The notes under the pieces are model-generated. The model was not told where the DNA came from. It saw nothing but the letters and a program-made list of their open reading frames with translations, and made no database searches. Positions 10,476-19,652 of a stretch of DNA of 64,000 nt are shown one piece after another. Every line of letters starts with the position of its first letter. Positions within the stretch are counted from its first letter, which is position 1. Origin of the DNA: Cytophagales bacterium (GTDB lineage: Bacteria > Bacteroidota > Bacteroidia > Cytophagales > UBA9547); contig JBJXGB010000103.1 of the NCBI GenBank assembly GCA_046152935.1, positions 3,983-67,982 of the forward strand, read 5' to 3'. Made by a program: the position numbers and the translations under genes.

Positions 10476-10754
10476 ATGTCAAATTGGGATGATAAAGCAA
10501 AACGTCTACTAAAGTCCGAGTTGGTCAAACGCGGTGTGTCAAATGCTGATTTGGTGTTATTACTTAACGAGATTGGCGTTGAAGAAACTAAGGCAAGCAT
10601 AGATAGCAAAATTAGTCGTGGCAGTTTTAGTGCTACATTTTTATTGCAGTGTCTTACTGTTGTTGGCTGTCATAAAATTGAAATTGAGAATTACGAAAGC
10701 CAGTTATTGATGGCGGCAGAACCAAATGAGTCTTATAAAAGAAGCGTAAAATGA
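10476..10754 (+). CDS. small HTH-like protein coupled to the methyltransferase (from memory resembles the DUF6471 family; candidate RM controller)
   Basis: 92 aa. The segment GVSNADLVLLLNEIGVEETKASIDSKISRGSFSATFLLQCL has a helix-turn-helix-like pattern. Its TGA overlaps the methyltransferase ATG (ATGA at 10751-10754). Confidence 0.55.
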   Translation: MSNWDDKAKRLLKSELVKRGVSNADLVLLLNEIGVEETKASIDSKISRGSFSATFLLQCLTVVGCHKIEIENYESQLLMAAEPNESYKRSVK

Positions 10755-12079
10755 AAAACAATACTGTAAAATTCATTGATCTTTTTGCGGGTCTTGGAGG
10801 TATCCGTCTGGGTTTTGAAAAAGCATTTAAAGATGCAGGCCTGGATACCGAATGTGTAATGACTTCGGAAATAAAACCTTATGCCGTAAAAACGTTGAAA
10901 CATAATTTTGGAAACGATTTCTTGGCTGGTGACATTTTCGGAATTCGTAATGAATTTATTCCCGATTTTGATTTTTTGTTAGGCGGTTTTCCCTGTCAAC
11001 CGTTCAGCTCCGGTGGAAAACGCCAAGGCTTTTTAGACACAAGAGGGACTTTGTTTTTTGAGATTGAAAGAATTTTGAGAGAAAAAAAACCGTACGGTTT
11101 TATTCTTGAAAACGTGGAAGGTTTAGTAAAACACGATCTAGAAACTAAAAATGATGAAATCGGGAGAACACTAAAAACCATTTTGCACGCACTCAAAAAT
11201 GAGTTGGGTTATAAAACAACTTGGAAAGTTTTTGATAGCCTAGAATTCGGACTACCACAATCGCGCAAACGGATTTTCATTGTCGGCACAAAAGAAGAGT
11301 ATGTCGACTTAAGCGGAAATGAGCCGTGTTTTTGTGCATTGGAAAACATATTGGAAAAAGGCTTGCCTATCTTAAAATCAGAATTTATTGATAAACTATT
11401 GTCGCATTTCTCTTTGGACGAACTGTATGGAAAATCCATCAAAGATAAACGGGGTGGTGACAACAACATTCACAGTTGGGATCTTGAAATAAAAGGAAGT
11501 GTTACGAAACAACAAGCAAAAATCCTCAACCAATTGTTTAAACAAAGGCGCAAAAAACAATGGGCAGATGAAATTGGCATTGACTGGATGGATGGAATGG
11601 CGTTGACTGTGGAGCAAATAAATACATTTGTTTATCTGGCAAAAGATGAGTTGAAATCACTGCTGGACGACCTGACAAAAAAAGGCTATTTGAAACTGGA
11701 ACACCCGAAAAAATTAGTTAAAAACCACACAACGAATGGTATTGCTACATACCGTCAATATGACGAAACAAAACCCAAAGGGTATAACATTGTTACAGGT
11801 AAATTAAGTTTTGAGATCAATAAAGTACTTGATCCAAAAGATATCGCTCCTACTTTGGTAGCAACTGATGTTTCAAGATTGGCTGTACCTGATGGAAATG
11901 GTTTGCGTAGACTGACAATTAGAGAAGGCTTGCGCTTATTTGGTTATCCTGAATGGTACGAAATTCCTACAAAAGAATATGATGCATTCGATTTGTTGGG
12001 GAATACAGTTGCCGTACCTGTTGTAGAATTTGTAGCGAATAAATTAGCCGAGGTTTACATCAGCGAACCTGTAGTTTAA
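10751..12079 (+). CDS. DNA (cytosine-5)-methyltransferase
   Basis: The canonical C5-MTase motifs appear in order: I FIDLFAGLGGIRLGF, IV GGFPCQPFS, VI ENVEGL, VIII QSRKRIFIVG, X GNTVAVPV. A long variable (target-recognition) region of about 200 aa lies between VIII and IX. Confidence 0.95.
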   Translation: MKNNTVKFIDLFAGLGGIRLGFEKAFKDAGLDTECVMTSEIKPYAVKTLKHNFGNDFLAGDIFGIRNEFIPDFDFLLGGFPCQPFSSGGKRQGFLDTRGTLFFEIERILREKKPYGFILENVEGLVKHDLETKNDEIGRTLKTILHALKNELGYKTTWKVFDSLEFGLPQSRKRIFIVGTKEEYVDLSGNEPCFCALENILEKGLPILKSEFIDKLLSHFSLDELYGKSIKDKRGGDNNIHSWDLEIKGSVTKQQAKILNQLFKQRRKKQWADEIGIDWMDGMALTVEQINTFVYLAKDELKSLLDDLTKKGYLKLEHPKKLVKNHTTNGIATYRQYDETKPKGYNIVTGKLSFEINKVLDPKDIAPTLVATDVSRLAVPDGNGLRRLTIREGLRLFGYPEWYEIPTKEYDAFDLLGNTVAVPVVEFVANKLAEVYISEPVV

Positions 12080-12746
12080 TACCCGTATGTTCTTCATAAT
12101 TTCTCAATACATTTTGTAACCAATGTCCATTAGTGTGGCGAGTTTGTGGATATTGGTAGCGAGTTTCGTTAAGTGCAGTAAGAAATTCTTCTAATGAATT
12201 GAAAGGTTTAAATATTGAACGTTCGGAATACCAAACACTTGGTCGAATATTGTAGATAACACTTTTCTTCTCCTGTACTTTTAATGGATATGTACTACTT
12301 GAACAAGCTAATTCCCAAATTTTCTTAATCCAAACATCTTTAATAGTCAACTCGCTTCCTTTCATTTGGTAGGCAAAGATCAAATAATTAGAATCTAAAC
12401 GATATGCAGAGCTTAGCAGGGAATTGCAATATGAATCAAAGTTAGCCAAATCAAACCCTGGGCCTCTGTCCCAATCAAAAGATTTTACTTCCAGTAATTC
12501 AGCTTTTTTGTTGTGTTTATCCAGATAAAAATCTGGAAACACTTGTGAATTTGAGTTCTCTTCAAATTCAACCGTTTCTTTCATGAGCCATGCCTTTAAC
12601 CATTCTTGTAGTAGGTTTCCAACGGTGTCTTTAGTTTCAATTGCGATTGTCAGGTCTTTGAGCGAAAAATTGATAACTCCTTTTTCTCCAATAATCTTGT
12701 ATTCGTTTACTAATTTGTTGTGTAGCTCAAGTCCTGATAATTTCAT
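12060..12746 (-). CDS. type II restriction endonuclease candidate, PD-(D/E)XK fold
   Basis: 228 aa, convergent with the methyltransferase and overlapping it by 20 bp. It has a PD...(D/E)XK-like catalytic pattern, FPDFYLD followed by ELLEVKS. Specificity cannot be read from the sequence. Confidence 0.6.
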   Translation of the reverse strand: MKLSGLELHNKLVNEYKIIGEKGVINFSLKDLTIAIETKDTVGNLLQEWLKAWLMKETVEFEENSNSQVFPDFYLDKHNKKAELLEVKSFDWDRGPGFDLANFDSYCNSLLSSAYRLDSNYLIFAYQMKGSELTIKDVWIKKIWELACSSSTYPLKVQEKKSVIYNIRPSVWYSERSIFKPFNSLEEFLTALNETRYQYPQTRHTNGHWLQNVLRNYEEHTGIKLQVR

Positions 12747-13077
12747 TTATTTCCAATGTCAAATCCATTGCAAATGTATATTTTTCCCTGATTTTTCTGT
12801 GGTGAATTTGATAATACAGCAGCGAAGGTCTGCATATACGCAAGTCTACTATATTTCTTTCAAAAACTAGAGGTTATTTCTATCTTTTAAGAAATACACG
12901 CAATAGTTGTTTCGTATATTTCTTTTTCATGCAAATGTCAAGCGACCTCGCTAGTTTAAACCACTTCATTTTACCCCTAGCGCTACTGCGCTTTCATCGT
13001 CTTTGCTAGGTTTGCGCTTGGCGAGCAGGTCGGCATAGTATTTCAAAAAAGTTATAATTCAAAAATTACTTTACCTT

Positions 13078-13295
13078 AAGGTTTTGTACCACTACAAAAG
13101 CTTCCCTGAGTGAAAAGCAAGGTTTTGTATCCCTACAAAGGCTTCGCTGAGTAAAAAGCAAGGTTTTGTACCCCTACGAAAGCTTCCCTGAGTGACAGGC
13201 AGAGTTTTGTAGCCCTACGAAAGCTTCGCTGAGTGAAAAGCAAGGTTTGGTACCCCTACAAAGGCTTCACTGAGTCACAGGCAGGGTTTTGTAGG
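13078..13295. repeat. tandem repeat array: 41-bp unit x5 plus a 13-bp partial sixth unit
   Basis: Units start at 13078, 13119, 13160, 13201, 13242 and 13283 (partial). The consensus is AAGGTTTTGTACCCCTACAAAGGCTTCSCTGAGTGAAAAGC. Units are directly adjacent with no spacers. Confidence 0.9.
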
Positions 13296-13496
13296 TAAAT
13301 CTCCATCATTCTGAAGATAGACCAATTCTGCATACACCCTGGTTGGAGTTGAGCCAGTAGCCAAGCCCAACACACAATTTTTGCCTTCTAATTGTTTTAT
13401 TTTAATTAACGAAGCTATATCGTTGGCTACTTGGAATGAAGCCGCTTCTGAGCTTTCAAATATCTTGGTTGGTATTTTTTCTTTGATATTCATCAT
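13296..13496 (-). pseudogene. nagB: 5' fragment of glucosamine-6-phosphate deaminase (nagB), truncated after about 60-67 codons
   Basis: The translation MMNIKEKIPTKIFESSEAASFQVANDIASLIKIKQLEGKNCVLGLATGSTPTRVYAELV.. matches the NagB/6-phosphogluconolactonase-family N-terminus, including the GLATGSTP motif. The frame runs straight into the 41-bp repeat array and stops at 13275. Confidence 0.7.
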
Positions 13497-13641
13497 GTTT
13501 CATTATTCGAAATATAAATCATTTAGGTTTCTTTATAAATATTTTGATAAGTTAATGCCAAAGAAATTTGGGATTCCGATTTTGACTGTTAGTTTTGGTA
13601 GAATTATTTGAAACTGTATAATCTTTAAATTTAAACATAAA

Positions 13642-14544
13642 ATGAAACCCACATTAGTAGTACTCGCAGCAGGAATGAGCAGCCGTTATGGCGGAGGCCT
13701 TAAACAAATTGACCCCATTGGTCCAACAGGCGAAATCATCATTGACTACTCGATTTACGATGCCATTAAAGCTGGCTTTGGAAAAGTTGTATTCGTAATT
13801 CGCCATAGTATCGACCAAGCTTTCAAAGAAGCCATTGGTAACAAATACAAAGGAATAGAAGTGGCCTATGCCTACCAAGAAATGGACATGTTGCCTTCAG
13901 GCATGGAGCGTGACGTGGCTTACAGATTAAAGCCTTGGGGAACCGCCCATGCTGTGTGGTGTGCTAGAGATGTGGTAAAAGAGCCTTTTGCGATCATCAA
14001 TGCTGATGATTTTTATGGCTACTCTGCTTTTAAACAAGTGGCCGATTTTTTGATAGCAAATAAAGACGACAATATGTATTCTATTGCTGGCTATCAAATG
14101 AAATATACCATGAGCGAAGAAGGCTCGGTAAATCGTGGAGTTTGCGAAACAGATGCAGCTGGCAATTTGACTGGTATTGTTGAAAGAACTGAAATATTCA
14201 CCACACCTACAGAAATTTATTCAGAGTCAAGCGGTAGCAAAATTACCTTTACAGGCGAAGAGCCAGTATCGATGAACTTTATGGGTTTTATGCCCAATGT
14301 TTTTCAACAAATGGAAACTTATTTTAGAAACTTTATCGTGCAAATTGACGGAGATCCTAAAAAAGAATTTTTTATCCCATTGTTATTAAATCATTTGGTT
14401 AAAACGGGAGAATCGAAAATAAAAGTATTGGATGTAAAAGAAGAATGGATAGGCATAACGTATGCTGCTGATAAAGACAAAGCGGCAGCCAGCATTAAGA
14501 AATTGGTAGATGCAGGCAAATACCCTTTGAATCTTTGGAAATAG
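13642..14544 (+). CDS. sugar-phosphate nucleotidyltransferase family protein
   Basis: The N-terminal LVVLAAGMSSRYGG..KQ signature (GxGxR-like NTP-transferase P-loop) and a length of 300 aa fit this family. Confidence 0.7.
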   Translation: MKPTLVVLAAGMSSRYGGGLKQIDPIGPTGEIIIDYSIYDAIKAGFGKVVFVIRHSIDQAFKEAIGNKYKGIEVAYAYQEMDMLPSGMERDVAYRLKPWGTAHAVWCARDVVKEPFAIINADDFYGYSAFKQVADFLIANKDDNMYSIAGYQMKYTMSEEGSVNRGVCETDAAGNLTGIVERTEIFTTPTEIYSESSGSKITFTGEEPVSMNFMGFMPNVFQQMETYFRNFIVQIDGDPKKEFFIPLLLNHLVKTGESKIKVLDVKEEWIGITYAADKDKAAASIKKLVDAGKYPLNLWK

Positions 14545-14561
14545 AAGCTAATTCCTAGCCC

Positions 14562-14600
14562 AAAACAAAAAAGTCCCACAAGTTGGGACTTTTTTGTTTT
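14562..14600. terminator. bidirectional rho-independent terminator between convergent genes
   Basis: A perfect 17-bp stem (14562-14578 pairs with 14584-14600) has an A-run on one side and a T-run on the other. It lies between the nucleotidyltransferase stop (14544) and the galM stop (14627). Confidence 0.75.
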
Positions 14601-14626
14601 TGTGATGATTTGGCAAATACATGCCG

Positions 14627-15805
14627 CTACTTTACCGAAAACTTGTACACAGTTGTGCTATGAAATGTTTCGCCAACATTGAGCACCGTAGTGGGGAAAT
14701 CGGCTTGGTTTGGTGAATCTGGGAAATGCTGAGATTCAAAACAAAAACCAAATCTTTTGCCATAGGCTATTCCATTTTTTCCTTTCAACGACCCATCAAG
14801 AAAATTGCCTGTATAAAATTGCACACCTGGTTCTGTACTGTACATTTCCAATACTCTGCCACTTTCAGGCTCATAAGCAGTAGCAGCCAAAGCCAACACA
14901 TCTTTTTCTTTATCTACCACAAAATTATGGTCGTAGCCATTTCCAAATTGAATCTGCTCATCATCAGCATTGATATTAGCCCCAATGGTAGTGAAAGTAG
15001 TGAAATCAAAAGGAGTCCCTTTTACATCTTGCAAGTTGCCAAGTGGAATCGAATTTTTGTTAATTGGCGTGAAAGTAGAAGCGTTGATCTTCACTTCGTG
15101 TGCCAACACATCTGTTTTCGCGCCATTTAGGTTGAAATAAGCATGGTTTGTAAGGTTTAAAACGGTTGGTTTATCTGTGGTAGCCATGTAGTCTATTTGC
15201 AGTCCATTGTCGTTTTTCAAAGTGTAAGTCACTGTCAATGAGAGATTTCCAGGGTATCCCTCTTCCATATCTCTGCTCAGATACGTCAATTTCAAAGCAC
15301 TTAAGCCCGAATCGCTTTTCACAATTTCTGCTTTCCACAATGCTTTGTCAAAGCCTCTAAGGCCGCCATGCAAGTGATTTTCGCCATTGTTGATGGCGAG
15401 TGTGTAAGTTTGATTGTTGAGCGTGAATTTGCCTTTGGCAATTCGATTGGCATATCTACCAACTATCGCCCCAAACGATGGGTGTGGTGCTACGTATGAG
15501 GCCAAAGAATCGAAACCTAGCGTGACTTCTGCTAATTTTCCAGCCTTGTCTGGTGTCTGTATAGAGGTGATGATACCACCAAAATTGGTAATTTTCACCA
15601 CCATTTCATTGGCATTGGTGAGCGTATAAATGTCTGCACTAGTACTATCAGATATTTTACCAAAAACTGCTTTTTCGATGTTAGATTTCCTATTTCCTGC
15701 TTCTGCATTTTCTACTTTTTTATTGCAGGCAATGATCGCAGACATTAATCCAACAACTATTGCCGAAGCATACATACCTTTGACAATTACGTGCACATTT
15801 TTCAT
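14627..15805 (-). CDS. galM: aldose 1-epimerase (galactose mutarotase), lipoprotein-type signal
   Basis: Mutarotase motifs are present: NHLHGG, GFDKALW, LTNHAYFNL, and GFCFESQHFPDSPN. The N-terminus ..VVGLMSAIIAC suggests a lipobox, implying a periplasmic location. Confidence 0.9.
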   Translation of the reverse strand: MKNVHVIVKGMYASAIVVGLMSAIIACNKKVENAEAGNRKSNIEKAVFGKISDSTSADIYTLTNANEMVVKITNFGGIITSIQTPDKAGKLAEVTLGFDSLASYVAPHPSFGAIVGRYANRIAKGKFTLNNQTYTLAINNGENHLHGGLRGFDKALWKAEIVKSDSGLSALKLTYLSRDMEEGYPGNLSLTVTYTLKNDNGLQIDYMATTDKPTVLNLTNHAYFNLNGAKTDVLAHEVKINASTFTPINKNSIPLGNLQDVKGTPFDFTTFTTIGANINADDEQIQFGNGYDHNFVVDKEKDVLALAATAYEPESGRVLEMYSTEPGVQFYTGNFLDGSLKGKNGIAYGKRFGFCFESQHFPDSPNQADFPTTVLNVGETFHSTTVYKFSVK

Positions 15806-16039
15806 ACTGAATGAAATAAATTTGGTTTTTAAATTTCGACTATACAGTTATTTTTGTGGCGTGGGCTAGCTATTTCAAAATAGAAACGCAACAAATACAC
15901 CTCGATGTAGATTATACACAAACTTAAAACAATTTTTCACGTTAACACAAGATAGCTTTACTATTCAAGAATCTCAATTCAATTCAGCCTTTACAGTAAT
16001 AAAATAGATAACAATTAACGCTTACTTACCATCAAAAAA

Positions 16040-16480
16040 ATGAAAATTATCATCAAAACCCAAGTTGAAAACACTATGGAAAATGTATGGAAAGGTTTTG
16101 ATGAAAGATTATTTGCCAAACTAAGCCCTCCATTCCCCAAAGTAGAGATACTTAGATTTGATGGCTGCAAAAAAGGAAATGAAGTACATTTGAAACTACT
16201 ATTCCCATTCATTCCTCAACTTTGGTTTGCTGAAATAATTGACAATTCAATAGCTGAAAATGAGATTTATTTTGTTGACAAAGGCACAAAACTGCCTTTT
16301 TTTCTTTCAAAATGGCAACACAAACACCGCATTCAAAAAGCGGGAGGCCACACGAGTATCATTGTAGACGACATCGACTTTAATACGGGCACTATTTTGA
16401 CAGATTTATTGTTTTACCCACTTTTATATCTACAATTTTTATATCGTGTGCCTATTTATAAAAAGTATTTTAAAAACTAA
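16040..16480 (+). CDS. hypothetical protein, possibly SRPBCC-like
   Basis: 146-aa ORF with coding-like composition and no competing ORF. The family assignment is only a weak recollection. Confidence 0.35.
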   Translation: MKIIIKTQVENTMENVWKGFDERLFAKLSPPFPKVEILRFDGCKKGNEVHLKLLFPFIPQLWFAEIIDNSIAENEIYFVDKGTKLPFFLSKWQHKHRIQKAGGHTSIIVDDIDFNTGTILTDLLFYPLLYLQFLYRVPIYKKYFKN

Positions 16481-16576
16481 TCGATAGTATTTGTTCAAAA
16501 AAACTATTTTGAATTGACTACTCAATTTTTCTTCTTTGTAGCTTGAAAACAAGTTTTTTACACATCAGAATCAACA

Positions 16577-17659
16577 TTGCACTACTTTCGAGCAAATCTT
16601 TATCGTTTTTTGAAATCTACTATCGCATTTTTTGTTCTTCTCAATAGTATTTCATGTGCTAATGAAAATAAAGAACGCATTCCTGAGTATTCGCAATTGC
16701 AAATTGACCCGAGAGCACAGATTAATTTTTTAGAAAAATACACCAACGAGAACCAAGACGATGACGAGATGGCTTATAAATTGGCAAAACTGTATTTTAC
16801 CAATGGCAACATAGATAGTGCATTGATTTACGTAAATAAGGCTTATTTGATTGATAAAAATAACAACCAATACCTCTTTTTTCAAGCACAATGCTTTGCA
16901 GTGAAAGGTCTTTTTCTCGATTCGAAAGATGCTTTTGAAAAAGTAATTGAAAATGGTATTCCGCACAACGATTACATTTCTTTGGCAGCCGATATTTATT
17001 TCAGCACCAATAATTTCACAAAAGCCCTCAATTATTTAGACCGAGCCACTGCCGAAAACCCAGATTCGCCATTTTTATTCTACAAAAAAGGAGTCATTTA
17101 TGAATCGAAAGGCGATACGATCAATGCTATTAAAAATTACAATAAATCGATCGAGTTGAACCCAAGTTTTATTGATGCCTACATCAAATGGGCAGATTTA
17201 GAGACTAAAAGAGGTAATTTCAGCACGGTAAGAAAATATTTAATAAATGCACTTCGGTTCGATAGCCTCAATTCAAATTTATACTTCCATTTGGCTTTAG
17301 CATACAAAAAATTAGAATTAAAAGATTCTTCAAGTCTGTTTTATGAAAAAGCTATTCAATTTGACAGCAATTATACAGATGCACTCTATAATATTTCCAT
17401 CATTTACCTGCAGCAGGGAAAATATGCCAGAGCCGAGCAATATTTGAAAAAAATTGCATATCTGAGACCAGAAACGCCAAATATCAATTTTAAAATCGCT
17501 TACGCTCTCGACTTCTTAAACAAAGAAACAGAGGCATTGAATTATTATCAAAAAATAGACAGTTCGGACATTAATTATAATTTTGCCCAGCGATTGATAA
17601 CGAGGCTTAAAGTAAAAACAACCAAAACTGCTGTTGTAGAGCAGGAAATACTAAAATAA
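16577..17659 (+). CDS. tetratricopeptide (TPR) repeat lipoprotein
   Basis: TTG start and a signal/lipobox ..LLNSISC. Multiple 34-aa TPR-like units are visible, for example ..[26 protein letters not shown].. and ..[22 protein letters not shown]... Its stop overlaps the thrS start by 1 nt. Confidence 0.75.
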   Translation: MHYFRANLYRFLKSTIAFFVLLNSISCANENKERIPEYSQLQIDPRAQINFLEKYTNENQDDDEMAYKLAKLYFTNGNIDSALIYVNKAYLIDKNNNQYLFFQAQCFAVKGLFLDSKDAFEKVIENGIPHNDYISLAADIYFSTNNFTKALNYLDRATAENPDSPFLFYKKGVIYESKGDTINAIKNYNKSIELNPSFIDAYIKWADLETKRGNFSTVRKYLINALRFDSLNSNLYFHLALAYKKLELKDSSSLFYEKAIQFDSNYTDALYNISIIYLQQGKYARAEQYLKKIAYLRPETPNINFKIAYALDFLNKETEALNYYQKIDSSDINYNFAQRLITRLKVKTTKTAVVEQEILK

Positions 17660-19590
17660 TGAGTAAGATAGCAATCACACTGCCCGATGGAGCAGTCAAA
17701 GAATATGAAAAAGGTGTAACAAGTTACGAAATAGCCTTGAGCATAAGTGAAGGTTTAGCAAGAAATGTATTGGCGGCAAAAGTAAATGGCAAAGTAGTTG
17801 ATGCTAATTTGCCCATTGGCCAAGATGCTAATTTTCAACTACTTACATGGAATGATCTGGAAGGGAAAGCTACTTTTTGGCATTCGTCTGCCCATATATT
17901 AGCCGAGGCTTTAGAGGCTTTGTATCCAGGTGTAAGATTTGGTATTGGACCTGCAATAGAAACTGGCTTTTATTACGATATCGATTTTGGTGGCCAAGAG
18001 TTTGGTCAAGAAAATTTCAAGCAACTTGAAGATAAAATACTTGAATTGTCACGTACAAAAAGCCAGTTTAAACGAACAGAAGTCAGCAAAGCAGATGCGA
18101 TCAAATATTTTACCGAAAAAGACGACCAATACAAGCTTGAGTTGATTGAAGGCTTGAAAGATGGTGAAATCACCTTTTATCAACAAGGCAATTTTACCGA
18201 TTTGTGCCGTGGGCCGCACATTCCAGACACAGGATTTATAAAAGCAGCAAAAATATTAAGTTTGGCAGGAGCCTACTGGCGGGGCGATGAAAAACGCCCA
18301 ATGCTTACACGCATCTATGCCGTTACCTTTCCCAAACAGAAAGAATTAGAAGAATATTTGGTGCTGCTTGAGGAAGCAAAAAAACGCGATCACCGCAAAC
18401 TGGGGCGTGAATTGGAGCTTTTTACGTTCTCCGAATTGGTAGGAGGTGGGTTACCATTGTGGCTACCCAAAGGCAATATGTTGCGAGAAAAACTAATAGC
18501 CTTCAATAAAAAACTATTGGCCAAAAATGGCTACCAATTGGTAACAACTCCACACATTGGAATGAAGGCTTTGTATGAAACATCCGGACATTGGGAGAAA
18601 TATGGCGAAGATTCTTTCCAGCCTATTCACACGCCAAATGAAGACGAACTTTTCATGCTCAAGCCCATGAATTGCCCACATCATATTGAAATTTATAAAT
18701 TCAAACCACATTCATATAAAGAATTGCCTATTCGATTGGCGGAGTTTGGCACTGTATATCGCTACGAACAAAGTGGCGAATTGCATGGCTTGACACGTGT
18801 GCGAGGATTTACGCAAGACGATGCTCATCTTTTTGTAACTCCAGATCAGCTACAGGATGAATTTGAAAAAAACATAGATTTGGTAATGCAAGTATTCAAT
18901 AAACTTGGTTTTGAAGATTATACGGCTCAAATTTCATTGCGCGACCCTGAAAACAAATCAAAATATATAGGCTCAGATGAAAATTGGATAAAAGCTGAAA
19001 ATGCCATTATCAATGCTGCCAAAACTAAAAATCTGAAAACAGTTACAGAATTGGGTGAGGCCGCTTTTTACGGGCCAAAACTTGATTTTATGGTGCGTGA
19101 CGCCATAGGCAGAAAATGGCAATTAGGCACAATTCAGGTCGATTATACATTGCCAGAAAAGTTTCAATTGGAGTATATAGGTGCTGATAATCAGAAACAT
19201 AGACCAATAATGATTCATAGAGCTCCTTTCGGCTCACTTGAAAGATTTATTGCCGTTCTTACCGAACATTGCAGTGGAAATTTCCCACTTTGGTTGGCCC
19301 CAGAGCAATATATTATTTTACCTATTTCTGAGAAATACCACGAATATGCTGTCCAAATACAAAACGAATTGACCTCAAATGATTTTTCAGGCACTATTGA
19401 TGAGAGAGACGAAAAAATTGGACGAAAAATTCGTGACGCAGAGGTAAATAAAGTGCCTTATATGTTGATTGTTGGTGAAAAAGAGGAAGCAGATCAAACA
19501 GTAACGATTCGCAAGAAATTTGAAGGCGATTTGGGTTCGATGAAACTGGAAGGATTTATTGGAATGTTTAAGAGAGAAGTAGAAATGTAA
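17659..19590 (+). CDS. thrS: threonine--tRNA ligase
   Basis: 643 aa with a TGS-like N-terminus. The editing-domain motif is HSSAHILA, and class II motifs are present (..[24 protein letters not shown].., ..[12 protein letters not shown]..). Confidence 0.97.
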   Translation: MSKIAITLPDGAVKEYEKGVTSYEIALSISEGLARNVLAAKVNGKVVDANLPIGQDANFQLLTWNDLEGKATFWHSSAHILAEALEALYPGVRFGIGPAIETGFYYDIDFGGQEFGQENFKQLEDKILELSRTKSQFKRTEVSKADAIKYFTEKDDQYKLELIEGLKDGEITFYQQGNFTDLCRGPHIPDTGFIKAAKILSLAGAYWRGDEKRPMLTRIYAVTFPKQKELEEYLVLLEEAKKRDHRKLGRELELFTFSELVGGGLPLWLPKGNMLREKLIAFNKKLLAKNGYQLVTTPHIGMKALYETSGHWEKYGEDSFQPIHTPNEDELFMLKPMNCPHHIEIYKFKPHSYKELPIRLAEFGTVYRYEQSGELHGLTRVRGFTQDDAHLFVTPDQLQDEFEKNIDLVMQVFNKLGFEDYTAQISLRDPENKSKYIGSDENWIKAENAIINAAKTKNLKTVTELGEAAFYGPKLDFMVRDAIGRKWQLGTIQVDYTLPEKFQLEYIGADNQKHRPIMIHRAPFGSLERFIAVLTEHCSGNFPLWLAPEQYIILPISEKYHEYAVQIQNELTSNDFSGTIDERDEKIGRKIRDAEVNKVPYMLIVGEKEEADQTVTIRKKFEGDLGSMKLEGFIGMFKREVEM

Positions 19591-19652
19591 AGACTTCAGA
19601 ACAAAGACATAAGATTAAAGAAAAAGAATTCAAGGAAAAGGGCGAAGTAAAA

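Noticed and set aside
10424-10609. 61-aa minus-strand ORF overlapping the small HTH-like gene
   Set aside because: It is antisense to a gene that is translationally coupled to the methyltransferase. The plus-strand reading is far more plausible.
12583-12870. 95-aa plus-strand ORF overlapping the endonuclease start
   Set aside because: It is antisense to the REase N-terminus and runs into non-coding DNA. It has no supporting features.
13078-13295. Possible CRISPR array, because of regularly spaced repeats
   Set aside because: The units are directly contiguous with no unique spacers, the period is 41 bp in total, and no cas genes are nearby. It is a plain tandem repeat.
14726-15130. 134-aa plus-strand ORF inside galM
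   Set aside because: It is a shadow ORF opposite a gene with clear mutarotase motifs.
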